Counted from the stretch's first letter, positions 37,675 through 46,347 are shown. The stretch: 64,000 nucleotides of DNA from Candidatus Poseidoniales archaeon (GCA_028283505.1 JAPOFX010000002.1:100855-164854), one strand, 5' to 3'. Program-made: numbers and translations. Notes: a model not told the origin generated them from the sequence alone.

Positions 37675-38401
37675 TGTAAGCATGGGCAATGGCGACATAA
37701 TCGGGATATTGGACCTCACACTACTGGACAGGGGAGCGTCAGAAGAGGACCTTGTCCGACTCTGCGAAAGGGCAGTCGCCCATCGCGTTGCTGCTGTCTG
37801 CGTCTTTTCTGAGCACGTTAGATTTGTCAGGGGCCTCCTCCCAGAAGAGGTGAAAGTGGCCTCCGTGGTTGGTGGCTTCCCAGTAGGATGGCGAGATCCG
37901 ACGAAGGTTTCCAAAGCGATATCGGAAGCGATAGATTTTGGGGCTGATGAGATAGACTGCGTACTTGAGCCAACACCTAATGGAGGGGATGCTTCAGAGG
38001 AGGATCTACAGATACTGTCAGCGATGAGAGATGCATGTGGCGAAAAAACCCTGAAGGTGATCATAGAGACTCCACTTATGGATGAGCACTCGATTAGGGC
38101 AACAAGCAGATTGGCCATGGCCTCTGGGGCCGATTTCGTAAAAACCTGCACAGGCAAGAGAGGGGACTGCACTGATGAGGACGCCAGAATACTCTCAATG
38201 GAGGCAAACAGGCACCTCGTTACAATGGGAGAGAGGAAGGGGGTGAAGATCTCGGGGGGGATAAGGAAAACAGAGGACGCCCGGAGAATGCTCTCTATAA
38301 TGCAGAAGGAAGGCATATCCACGGGAAATCCGAATGAGTCCAGGATAGGTGCCTCATCATTACTGGATGACCTAATTGATGGTGGGCTCGGCAGGAATTG
38401 A
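37667..38401 (+). CDS. deoC: deoxyribose-phosphate aldolase
   Basis: LDLTLL, EIDCVL, FVKTCTGK (Schiff-base Lys), KISGGIR. The start is uncertain (TTG 37655, ATG 37667 or 37682). The last 22 nt overlap tRNA-Val on the opposite strand. Confidence 0.85.
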   Translation: MGSVSMGNGDIIGILDLTLLDRGASEEDLVRLCERAVAHRVAAVCVFSEHVRFVRGLLPEEVKVASVVGGFPVGWRDPTKVSKAISEAIDFGADEIDCVLEPTPNGGDASEEDLQILSAMRDACGEKTLKVIIETPLMDEHSIRATSRLAMASGADFVKTCTGKRGDCTDEDARILSMEANRHLVTMGERKGVKISGGIRKTEDARRMLSIMQKEGISTGNPNESRIGASSLLDDLIDGGLGRN

Positions 38402-38455
38402 ACCTGCGATCTTCGCCATGTGAAGGCGACGTCATAACCCCTAGACCACGAGCCC
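38380..38455 (-). tRNA. tRNA-Val (anticodon CAC), CCA encoded
   Basis: Reverse complement GGGCTCG..GGTCTAGGGGTTATGAC..TCGCC-TTCACAT-GGCGA..GCAGGTTCAATTCCTGC-CGAGCCC-A-CCA. Confidence 0.9.
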
Positions 38456-38529
38456 CGTCTCTCGTGAGAGAGCTGTGCAGATAAGGATGGTGAGGCCTAG
38501 ACTATTCCTTTCAGCATGATAGAAATCCG

Positions 38530-40086
38530 ATGAAAACAGAAATTTTGCACTCGGTAGAAGAGAAAACATTCACCCACTGTAATGAAAAAGAGCGCGACAC
38601 TTCACAGTGCATGAGTGAACCAGAAGGAGCCTCGCTGACTCAGAGGCTTGATTTCAGTATCCTCAGGGAGGGCGACACATGGAGGGCTTTCGGCGTAGCT
38701 GTCGTACTATTCTGCATCATCGGATATTCCTCACTGTCCCTTTTCGGAATGACCTCCTCGATATACGGGGTCTCTGGAGACGTCAATGAGGTGTACGATT
38801 TCGAGGCCCAATCACTGAACAGAACCGGCATTGACAGCATGATCGCCGATGAGAACGGCACAGTTCAGTTGAGTTCCCTCAGGGGGAGTGTCGTCATCCT
38901 AGACTTCATGGCGGTGGATTGCGCGAACTGTCACTATGTGCAAGAGCACATTGAGAACAATATCGCTGAGTGGCGGGAGCTCGAGGGCGAGTATCCCGTG
39001 GTAGTGGTCTCAGTGGCGGCCTGGTACAGATTTGGCGAAACATTCGCACAGATCAATTCGACCTTCGGGGATTATGATTCTGAGAAATTCATGAATTGGA
39101 CTGTGGTGAATGGCGGGACCGATTCAATAATCCTGGAAGATGGATCGAGGGGCGACATGGTCGAATACTACTCTGCTCAGCTTATCCCATTAGTACTGGT
39201 GATCGACCATGAAGGATATGTGGTAGCGAAGGACAACACCGGGACACCTCTGGATAGGTGGAAGGCTTTTGACAACGCGGTTCTGAAGGCCAACGAGGGC
39301 GATGCGGAGGACCTGAGGATCGGCATCGCGAAATCAGACAGGTCAGTCACAGGCGTATTCATCATCGGACTTTTCCTCGGAGTATTGGTTTACTTCTCCC
39401 CTTGCGCCTTCCCGGTCCTGCCTTCGTACATCACCTACTACCTCAGCCTGGGGATGAGGGAGGAGGAGTTGCATGCAGAGGGAAAGATAAGCGGGAGGAT
39501 ACCGGGTTCATTCGAGATCGGGAGCTTTGCCGCTCTCGGGCAACTGACATTTTTCGTGTCCGTTGGGATAGTCATCTTCGGGTTGAGCGAGGTCGTCAAC
39601 CTATCAGGGACCTTCCACACCATAGCTGTCGGAATTGCATGCCTGCTCGTGGTACTGGGAAGCCTGATGCTTCTTGGTTGGACCAGTGAGATGATGTCTT
39701 TCGTGCAGAGGTGGTTGGACAGGTATCAAACGGTGGAGTCCGATGAGGTTTTCACGCCACGTAGAAACATGTTCCTGTGGGGAATAGGATACTCGGCAGC
39801 GTCTGTGGATTGTACGGCCGCCGCGGTTTTCCCGTTCGTGGCATGGTTGGCGGTCGTTGGAGAGGGGGCCTTCGTGGCTGGCCTCGGCGGATTGATCCTC
39901 TCTGTGACCTTGCTTATGGTGATGGTAACGGTACTTGTCGGGATGGGGCGACAGGCGATGATCAGCTTCCTCAGGAGATCCACCGGGGTAGTCAAGGCGA
40001 CTGGCTCATGGATGATGATCTTCGCTGGTTTGGGGCTCTTGGTCTACCTGACGCAGACCGAGGCAGTTTCCGGAATAATCGGATGA
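38530..40086 (+). CDS. fusion of an extracytoplasmic thioredoxin-like (TlpA/ResA-like) domain to a CcdA/DsbD-type transmembrane thiol-disulfide transporter
   Basis: N-terminal TM, then ILDFMAVDCANCHYV (CxxC). The CcdA core has YFSPCAFPVLP and SVDCTAAAVFPF, the two conserved membrane Cys. Confidence 0.8.
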   Translation: MKTEILHSVEEKTFTHCNEKERDTSQCMSEPEGASLTQRLDFSILREGDTWRAFGVAVVLFCIIGYSSLSLFGMTSSIYGVSGDVNEVYDFEAQSLNRTGIDSMIADENGTVQLSSLRGSVVILDFMAVDCANCHYVQEHIENNIAEWRELEGEYPVVVVSVAAWYRFGETFAQINSTFGDYDSEKFMNWTVVNGGTDSIILEDGSRGDMVEYYSAQLIPLVLVIDHEGYVVAKDNTGTPLDRWKAFDNAVLKANEGDAEDLRIGIAKSDRSVTGVFIIGLFLGVLVYFSPCAFPVLPSYITYYLSLGMREEELHAEGKISGRIPGSFEIGSFAALGQLTFFVSVGIVIFGLSEVVNLSGTFHTIAVGIACLLVVLGSLMLLGWTSEMMSFVQRWLDRYQTVESDEVFTPRRNMFLWGIGYSAASVDCTAAAVFPFVAWLAVVGEGAFVAGLGGLILSVTLLMVMVTVLVGMGRQAMISFLRRSTGVVKATGSWMMIFAGLGLLVYLTQTEAVSGIIG

Positions 40087-40141
40087 CCTAGCTGGTCTGA
40101 GCCACGCGAAATGATTTCAATGAGCGCCCCTCAGGACTATC

Positions 40142-40540
40142 GTGGAAGTCGAGCTGGTGCCCATCTCCTGGCTAAAGCCCCATGAGGAGGTCAAGCCCGG
40201 CAACGTGGACTCCTTGCACGACATAACACTCCGTTGGAACGCATACACCAAGCCCCTGCTGGTGGATGGGCGCACCGGAACGATCCTCGATGGCCATCAC
40301 AGGTACCACGTGGGGCTTAGGATCGGCTTGCTCCGCCTTCCGGTCATCAAGGTCGACTACCTGAATGACGAAGGAATCGAGCTGGACATCTGGCCAGGTA
40401 GCGACTTGGAGGCACTGACGAAGCAGGAGGTGGTAGAAATGGCCCTATCAGGGAAGTTGTATCCACCCAAGACCAGCAGGCACAGATACAGCGATTACCT
40501 CCCTGCTATAGCTGTCCCTCTCAATCGCATGAGGTCCTAA
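40142..40540 (+). CDS. stand-alone ParB/sulfiredoxin-fold domain protein
   Basis: LKPHEEV and ILDGHHRYHVGLRIGL (DGHHR motif); 132 aa; GTG start. Confidence 0.62.
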   Translation: MEVELVPISWLKPHEEVKPGNVDSLHDITLRWNAYTKPLLVDGRTGTILDGHHRYHVGLRIGLLRLPVIKVDYLNDEGIELDIWPGSDLEALTKQEVVEMALSGKLYPPKTSRHRYSDYLPAIAVPLNRMRS

Positions 40541-40559
40541 TATTGGGTGCATCATTGAT

Positions 40560-41237
40560 CTAATTTTCAATTGAAATCCACTCATTGTTGAGTGCATGAT
40601 GCCAATGGTCAGCGAATCTAACAAAATTATAGCCAGTTCTCTCCATTCTAGAGATTGCTCTGAAGAGATTTAATCTTCCCGGTTTACTACCGATTTCAGC
40701 CCCGGGAGTAACGGAAATAACTTCTTGACAAGTTTCCCAAATATTCCCAATTTCATCCCATTTATTTGAAATATATTCGATATTTAGGCCAGATTTTGAA
40801 TTTATGGAATCGAAGATATTTGAGATAATATCCATTAGTAATTTGTTCATTGTTTGAATCAAACCAATGAGATCGTTGGGTATTTTGTCAATTTCTAACT
40901 CCTGTGCTAGCAAAGAGGAAGTTTGTGAAATATCTCTTGCATGCCTCATGCCTCTCTCAATGGTATCGCTACCTCTTAGGAATGTGGATATCATCCGAAG
41001 GTCACCCATCATCGGTTGGTTAAGTGATAAAACAAGAAGAATATCTCCAGTTCTTTCCCAGAAAATTTTCCTAGCTTCGTCTCTAGCTGCCAACACTTGA
41101 TTTACATTGTCGACGTCCAAGGAAATTAGAGAATCAACTGCAACTGAATAAATTCTCATTAACTCATTAGCATCATCTACCAATTGATTTCTCAATTGGT
41201 CTAATCTTTCATCTAATCCTGTTCTTACTGGAACCAT
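40560..41237 (-). CDS. phoU: phosphate transport system regulator PhoU
   Basis: Two-repeat helical PhoU pattern, 225 aa, directly downstream of pstB. Confidence 0.83.
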   Translation of the reverse strand: MVPVRTGLDERLDQLRNQLVDDANELMRIYSVAVDSLISLDVDNVNQVLAARDEARKIFWERTGDILLVLSLNQPMMGDLRMISTFLRGSDTIERGMRHARDISQTSSLLAQELEIDKIPNDLIGLIQTMNKLLMDIISNIFDSINSKSGLNIEYISNKWDEIGNIWETCQEVISVTPGAEIGSKPGRLNLFRAISRMERTGYNFVRFADHWHHALNNEWISIEN

Positions 41238-41245
41238 TTATTCAC

Positions 41246-42016
41246 CTAACCAAATCTTCCTGTAATGTATTGACCTGTTAATTCTTTTTCAGGTTCACTG
41301 AAAATTTTCTTTGTTTCCCCCGCCTCAATTAACTCACCCATATACAAAAAAACTGTTTGATCCGAAATTCTTGCTGCTTGGCTCATTGAGTGGGTTACAA
41401 TGACTACAGTTACTTTTTCACGAAGTGCTTGAATTAATTCTTCAATTTTAGCCGTGGCGATTGGATCCAAGGCAGAAGTGGGCTCATCCATTAACAGGAT
41501 AGAGGGTTTAGTTGCTAGAGCCCTCGCAATACAGAGTCTTTGTTGTTGCCCTCCTGATAGAGAATAGGCATCATCTTCCAATCGTTCTTTTACTTCGTCC
41601 CAAAGAAATGCATCTCGAAGGCTTTCTTCAATTATTTCATCTAGTTTCGACTTATGTTTGATTCCTTGGATTCGCAACCCAAACGCGACATTTTCGTAAA
41701 TTGAAGTGGGGAATACATTTGGTTTCTGAAAAACCATAGATACAGCCCTCCTTAACAAAACAGGGTCTATTTCATCTGAAAGTAAATTCTTTCCTCGCCA
41801 TTCTATTTCACCAATCATTGAGCAAGTTGGAATCTCATCGTTCATTCTGTTGAAGGCCCGCAGCAATGTGCTTTTTCCACAACCTGAGGGGCCAATGAAT
41901 GCAGTTACGCCAGATTCTTGGATGTCTAAATTTACGGAAATTATAGCTTCTTTTTCAGCATATTTTATTGTCAGATCTTTCACACTAATCGTATTATTTT
42001 CTGTGGACATTACCAT
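41246..42016 (-). CDS. pstB: phosphate ABC transporter ATP-binding protein
   Basis: Walker [10 protein letters not shown], signature [14 protein letters not shown], Walker [12 protein letters not shown], and a PstB-typical C-terminus YITGRFG. Confidence 0.93.
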   Translation of the reverse strand: MVMSTENNTISVKDLTIKYAEKEAIISVNLDIQESGVTAFIGPSGCGKSTLLRAFNRMNDEIPTCSMIGEIEWRGKNLLSDEIDPVLLRRAVSMVFQKPNVFPTSIYENVAFGLRIQGIKHKSKLDEIIEESLRDAFLWDEVKERLEDDAYSLSGGQQQRLCIARALATKPSILLMDEPTSALDPIATAKIEELIQALREKVTVVIVTHSMSQAARISDQTVFLYMGELIEAGETKKIFSEPEKELTGQYITGRFG

Positions 42017-43878
42017 GACCTCCTAGCCTCTGCTCTGTTACGAATGAATATAGCGATGAAATTCAAGATTAGTAATAGCATTAGTAGTACAAGAATAGTA
42101 CTTGCTGCTAGATCATGAAACGCTTCCTTTGGATGTCTAGTCCAGAAAAATATCTGAATAGGTAACGCAAGGAAGCCATCCATTATTCCTGTTGGCGCTG
42201 TTTTTGAAAATAGGCTTGCAACAAATAGAATAGGAGCAGTTTCTCCTAACGCTCTCGCAACGGAGAGAATTGCTCCAGTTGCTATTCCGGGAACTGCATT
42301 TGGAAGAACATGATGTCTGACTGCCTGCCACCTAGTTGCCCCAACGCCCAATGCTGCATCTCGAAACGATTTCGGAACCGCTAGCAATGCCTCTTCTGTA
42401 GTTACTACAATCATTGGTAAAACCATCATTGCGAGAGTCAGAGAACCTGTGAGTAAACTAAGCCCAAAACCAAACATCCTGCTGAAAACATACAACCCGA
42501 CCAAACCAAAAATAATCGATGGAACCGCTGCTAGGTTCTGTAGGGTTCTTCTCAAAAATTGATTCAGGACACCTTCAGGTGCGAGTTCAGTTAAGTAAAC
42601 TGCAGCACCAACACCCGCCGGCAATGCGAATAACATTGTCAGTGTGATTAGCCAAAGTGACCCCCAAATTGTAGGACCTATACCCGCTTGATCAGCTCGA
42701 TAGGACGGGAAGTTTGTCAGAAACTGTAAATCAATACCAGCCAATCCTGTTTCTAGGATTGTTTGGAGTAAGATAAGCAAAAATGCTAACCCTACAAATA
42801 GGCTACTTGCAACAATAAATCGTGAAACTTTTTCCTTTCTTCTTCTAAATAAATCGTATTTTGTGGGTATAAATGGATTTGATTGAGTTAAATTATATTC
42901 GATATCTCCGCTAATTCTCTCTAAAATCATTGATAATTTCACTTTGATTTGAAAAAGGAGGGAAGCCATTTTGCCTCTATTTGCTCCCAGTCTTTTTCTT
43001 GTTGCCCCAACTGCCAATATATTCACTGAATATGTTAGGACAAAGAGGGCAGAGCCTACCGCGAATCCCGCATCGGTTGCTGGGCCTGGTGGTATGTCAC
43101 CAGTTGCAACTTGGGCAATATATGCAGTCAGAGTTTGTACTTCCAGACGTGGATCAAAATGTAGTGCTGCAACTGAGCCAGCAGCCATAGTTACAGCCAT
43201 TGTTTCACCCACTGCACGTGCAAGCGCGAGTAAAACCGCTGCAACTATTCCGGAACGAGCAGATGGTAGAACAACTTTGGTGGCCATTTCCCAACGCGTT
43301 GCTCCAAGGCCTAATGCTGCTTCCTTTATTTCTCTAGGAACTGCTCTGATAGCATCATCTGATATTGAAACTATAATCGGCAAAATCATTGCTGCTACGA
43401 CAATTATTGCACTAGCTGCATTGAAGTATGTTGCATCGATGGTTCTTTGCATAAAGGGGCTGATTACGAGAAGAGCGAAGAAACCGTGAACCACTGATGG
43501 TATTCCTGAAAGAACCTCGACTATTGGCTTTAGAAAACGTCGTGATCTGGGCGAAGCAAATTCACCTAGATGCAGAGCAGCCGCTACTCCAAGAGGGATA
43601 GAAATCATTAGTGACCCCACAGCAATGAGAGCCGTGCCTGAAAGTAAAGGCCAGATCCCAAAGCTGGGGTTACGTCCGTTAGGAACCCAATCCGTTCCAG
43701 AAATGAATTCGAAAAAGGTGGCTTCTTCGTATTCAAAAAAGCGAATTGTACCTGATGCCAGTGTGTATATGATTAACGCACTTGCAATCACCGACAATGA
43801 GGCGGCTGAAAACAATGCGCTATGGGTAAATCGGTTACGTGGAGCCCGGCCATCTAGGAAGGTGCCAGACTCAATCAT
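42010..43878 (-). CDS. fused phosphate ABC transporter permease PstC-PstA
   Basis: 622 aa with two permease halves, each carrying an EAA-type loop ([12 protein letters not shown] and [12 protein letters not shown]). Confidence 0.87.
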   Translation of the reverse strand: MIESGTFLDGRAPRNRFTHSALFSAASLSVIASALIIYTLASGTIRFFEYEEATFFEFISGTDWVPNGRNPSFGIWPLLSGTALIAVGSLMISIPLGVAAALHLGEFASPRSRRFLKPIVEVLSGIPSVVHGFFALLVISPFMQRTIDATYFNAASAIIVVAAMILPIIVSISDDAIRAVPREIKEAALGLGATRWEMATKVVLPSARSGIVAAVLLALARAVGETMAVTMAAGSVAALHFDPRLEVQTLTAYIAQVATGDIPPGPATDAGFAVGSALFVLTYSVNILAVGATRKRLGANRGKMASLLFQIKVKLSMILERISGDIEYNLTQSNPFIPTKYDLFRRRKEKVSRFIVASSLFVGLAFLLILLQTILETGLAGIDLQFLTNFPSYRADQAGIGPTIWGSLWLITLTMLFALPAGVGAAVYLTELAPEGVLNQFLRRTLQNLAAVPSIIFGLVGLYVFSRMFGFGLSLLTGSLTLAMMVLPMIVVTTEEALLAVPKSFRDAALGVGATRWQAVRHHVLPNAVPGIATGAILSVARALGETAPILFVASLFSKTAPTGIMDGFLALPIQIFFWTRHPKEAFHDLAASTILVLLMLLLILNFIAIFIRNRAEARRSW

Positions 43879-43896
43879 GATTTACCACTTCATAGT

Positions 43897-44880
43897 TCAC
43901 GCCAATGCTGCACGTTGGAGTGAAAGCAGATTGGCATCTACCAACTCTACCTTCACGTATCCTACTTCGTCACAGACTGCTTGTCCTTCATCTGACAATG
44001 CAAAACTCAAGTAGCCGTTGACAGCATCAGAATTTGCCGCGTTGGCATCGGTGTATATGTGAAGTGGACGAGCCATAGGATAATCTGCAACCGTCTCTAA
44101 AGAAGGTTCAACAGCGCCACTACCATCATCAATCGATACGGTATTTACCTTGTCAGCATTCTCTCTAACGTATGCGAATCCTAGGAATCCAATTGCGTAC
44201 TCGTTGGATTGTATTGCGGTCATAATCACATTGTCGTCCGCTGATGGATGATATACACCATCGCCTGATTCTAGACGGGTTCCTGCGACCTGAGTTTCGT
44301 CGCCCCAATCTTCGATAATCTCTTCGAAAAAGTAGTCAAAGGTGCCACTTGCTTCATCTGGTGCGTAGATTTGAATTTCTTCGTGAGGGGCGCCCTCTAA
44401 TCCAGCTACATCATCCCAATACACAGCAGGGTTATCATCTGTGAAAATTGAGTATAACTGATCGTAAGTTAGAGTGCTTGCAAAGTCGTTTGAAGGGTGG
44501 GTGATTACTGCAAGAACATCAAAGGCAACGACCCACTTGGTTGGCATTACACCCATGCACTCTTCAGATGCAGTTCCATCAGATCTAACCCCTGATTCAT
44601 CGCAGTTTACTTTTGTGTAGTCCTTGCCTTTCATCAGTCTGGAAGCATCCCCTAGGTCGGCTTCCCCATTCAACAAAGCATTGATTCCATGGCTGGAACC
44701 TCCTCCTGAGACAGATACATCTGCCCCTTCATATTCTTCTGCCCAGGCCACCGCTAGTGGCAAAACAGTCGATGATCCGGTTTGGATCAAGCTTTCTTTT
44801 TCATCATCACCTGTACACCCGGCCAGCGAGGCACTGAGCAACAGTACAATCATCATATTCGTCAATAGAGTTCGGTTCAT
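43897..44880 (-). CDS. pstS: phosphate-binding lipoprotein PstS
   Basis: Lipobox LSASLAGC, then TGSSTVLPL and SGGGSSHG. ATG 44880 is preceded by GGAG. The track start 44943 adds an implausible 21 aa. Confidence 0.87.
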   Translation of the reverse strand: MNRTLLTNMMIVLLLSASLAGCTGDDEKESLIQTGSSTVLPLAVAWAEEYEGADVSVSGGGSSHGINALLNGEADLGDASRLMKGKDYTKVNCDESGVRSDGTASEECMGVMPTKWVVAFDVLAVITHPSNDFASTLTYDQLYSIFTDDNPAVYWDDVAGLEGAPHEEIQIYAPDEASGTFDYFFEEIIEDWGDETQVAGTRLESGDGVYHPSADDNVIMTAIQSNEYAIGFLGFAYVRENADKVNTVSIDDGSGAVEPSLETVADYPMARPLHIYTDANAANSDAVNGYLSFALSDEGQAVCDEVGYVKVELVDANLLSLQRAALA

Positions 44881-44943
44881 TCGTATTTCTCCGTTCGCTT
44901 CGACATCGCATGGTATGTTGAAATGAATCTGTATAGTAAACAT

Positions 44944-45024
44944 AAATGGAAGGAACCTATATAATCTCTATAGTTGGGTGGATAAAACGTAAATTTTTGC
45001 GTCAAAATAACACAACAAAATAGT
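44944..45024 (-). promoter_or_regulatory. AT-rich pstS upstream region with TATA-like element and one TCTATAG copy
   Basis: Plus strand reads cctatataatctctatagttggg. Lies between the upstream regulator gene and pstS. Confidence 0.3.
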
Positions 45025-45921
45025 CTATCCAATTGTTACTTCTGTTGAATTTCTATGTGTGTGTATGTTGATTAATATCTCCGCCATGTCGACGGTGTAG
45101 GCCAAAATTCTCCTGAGAGATTCTGATAATTTATCCAGAAACAAGGCATCGGTAGATTGCAGTTTCATGTCCCACAAGCTATCTTCGTATTCCCTCAGAT
45201 TCATTATGGCAGATTCTAGATTCGATTTTGCATCGTGGATTTCCTTAACCTTCCTTTTCCGTAAATTTGCGATAAGTTGCTTAATTGAGGACTGCCAAAT
45301 GGGAATTACAGAAACTGGCAATTCTGCTGATGAAAGATTGTTGGGCACTTCTTGATAGACGCACAGCCTGCTTAAGATGTAACAGTGATCACCAATCCTT
45401 TCGAGCGTCCGCACAATATTCGACAATTCGGCGGCTTCCCACCTGGTTGTTCCAAAACTAGTTTCAATTGACGCTGATTCCAATATTTGGCCAACCTGTC
45501 TTTCTAATAACAAACGCAATGCATCAACCTCTTTTTCCCTCTCCTCGCTATCTTCTAAGATAGTAACGTCTCCACCAGTAAGGACTTCCACCACATCCCT
45601 TATTTGGCTAGAAACTAAGAGATACATTCTGTTTAGACTAGAATGTAATGGCATCTCTGCAGGATTAAGTAGCGTTATCATTTCTACACTGTAATCAGAT
45701 TCGTTGGCGATTTCGACCCCACGGGTAGTCTGAATGAATCTTCGAAGTTCCCTTCTGTGTTCTCTATCAATTCCAGACTTTGAAATGATTCGAATGTTTT
45801 GAGCCCCAGAGAGATAAGCACCAATTAGGTGATCAAGAATAAAATCCCTACTGATTTCCTGTAAATCAATTTCCACTTGTCGTCTTTTCCTAACCGAAGT
45901 AGTTTCTGCACTTACCCGCAA
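45025..45921 (-). CDS. PhoU-domain portion of an archaeal AbrB(SpoVT)-PhoU phosphate regulator; separated by a frameshift from its DNA-binding N-terminus
   Basis: The 298-aa ORF starts only at a TTG. The same frame is closed by TGA (45943-45945) just upstream. PhoU-like helical repeats are present. Confidence 0.75.
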   Translation of the reverse strand: MRVSAETTSVRKRRQVEIDLQEISRDFILDHLIGAYLSGAQNIRIISKSGIDREHRRELRRFIQTTRGVEIANESDYSVEMITLLNPAEMPLHSSLNRMYLLVSSQIRDVVEVLTGGDVTILEDSEEREKEVDALRLLLERQVGQILESASIETSFGTTRWEAAELSNIVRTLERIGDHCYILSRLCVYQEVPNNLSSAELPVSVIPIWQSSIKQLIANLRKRKVKEIHDAKSNLESAIMNLREYEDSLWDMKLQSTDALFLDKLSESLRRILAYTVDMAEILINIHTHRNSTEVTIG

Positions 45922-46034
45922 ACTACCGGAAGGCCTCTGACATCATCTTTAGCAGACAATTGGTGTTCCACCACCCACCTCTTTGGTAAACTGACAATGT
46001 AAGTTGAACCACCTGTCAGTTGAAGTTTTCTCAC
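45912..46034 (-). pseudogene. AbrB/SpoVT-type DNA-binding N-terminal fragment of the same regulator, in another frame
   Basis: [32 protein letters not shown] then RGLPVVCG-stop. In the other frame the continuation is [11 protein letters not shown]... An apparent 1-nt indel near 45937-45941 would restore a ~339-aa protein. Confidence 0.7.
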
Positions 46035-46189
46035 TTCGGACTTGTTGGAGGCGACCCTTTCCACGTATCTTGCCGCATCACTCGCGAAATATATACCCTT
46101 TCATAGGCTCGCAGTACTCGTATTCTATAGTCCACTATATATTCTATATAATATTATGATTAAATGCCATCCCTATTGAGGCTCTATAG
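46035..46189. promoter_or_regulatory. AT-rich divergent promoter region between the AbrB-PhoU regulator and the PiT remnant
   Basis: Contains tatatat (minus-strand orientation, ~25-30 nt before candidate GTG starts), two exact TCTATAG copies (46124-46130, 46183-46189) and one TCTATAT. Confidence 0.35.
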
Positions 46190-46327
46190 ATGGAACCGAT
46201 AATGTGGCTCGTCCTGATTCTTGCAACTGCCGTTTGTGCCTACATGGCTTGGAACATTGGAGCGAATGATGTAGCCAATGCCTGTGAGGAAGCGGCTAAC
46301 GCATTCCTACCAATTGTTTTCAACTGA
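46190..46327 (+). pseudogene. 5' remnant (45 codons) of a PiT/PHO4-family inorganic phosphate transporter gene
   Basis: MEPIMWLVLILATAVCAYMAWNIGANDVANA matches the PiT N-terminal TM1 + GANDVANA signature. Similarity ends after codon 31 (nt 46282), with a stop at 46325-46327. Too short for the ORF track. Confidence 0.65.
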
Positions 46328-46347
46328 TTCATCTTGGACTTGTAACG

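Noticed and set aside
37633-38322. 229-aa ORF antisense to deoC. Similar long antisense ORFs include 24552..25085 (opposite etfA), 42971..43489 (opposite pstCA), 57415..58002 (opposite lonB), 48126..48677 (opposite the ABC ATPase), 31229..31717 (opposite PAC2) and 52009..52488 (opposite P5CDH).
   Set aside because: All lie entirely inside genes with strong motif support on the other strand. They have Ser/Ala/Pro/Leu-rich low-complexity translations and no recognisable motifs, so they are typical shadow ORFs.
38380-38455. tRNA-Val(CAC) as the attachment site for an integrated element covering the GC-rich/AT-rich mosaic to its right
   Set aside because: No integrase or recombinase gene is present. 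I found no repeat of the tRNA 3' end downstream, and the tRNA 3' end points away from the mosaic region.
45930-45950. Programmed -1 ribosomal frameshift as the explanation for the split AbrB-PhoU gene
   Set aside because: There is no X-XXY-YYZ slippery heptamer and no obvious downstream hairpin at the frame junction. A mutation or assembly error is more economical.
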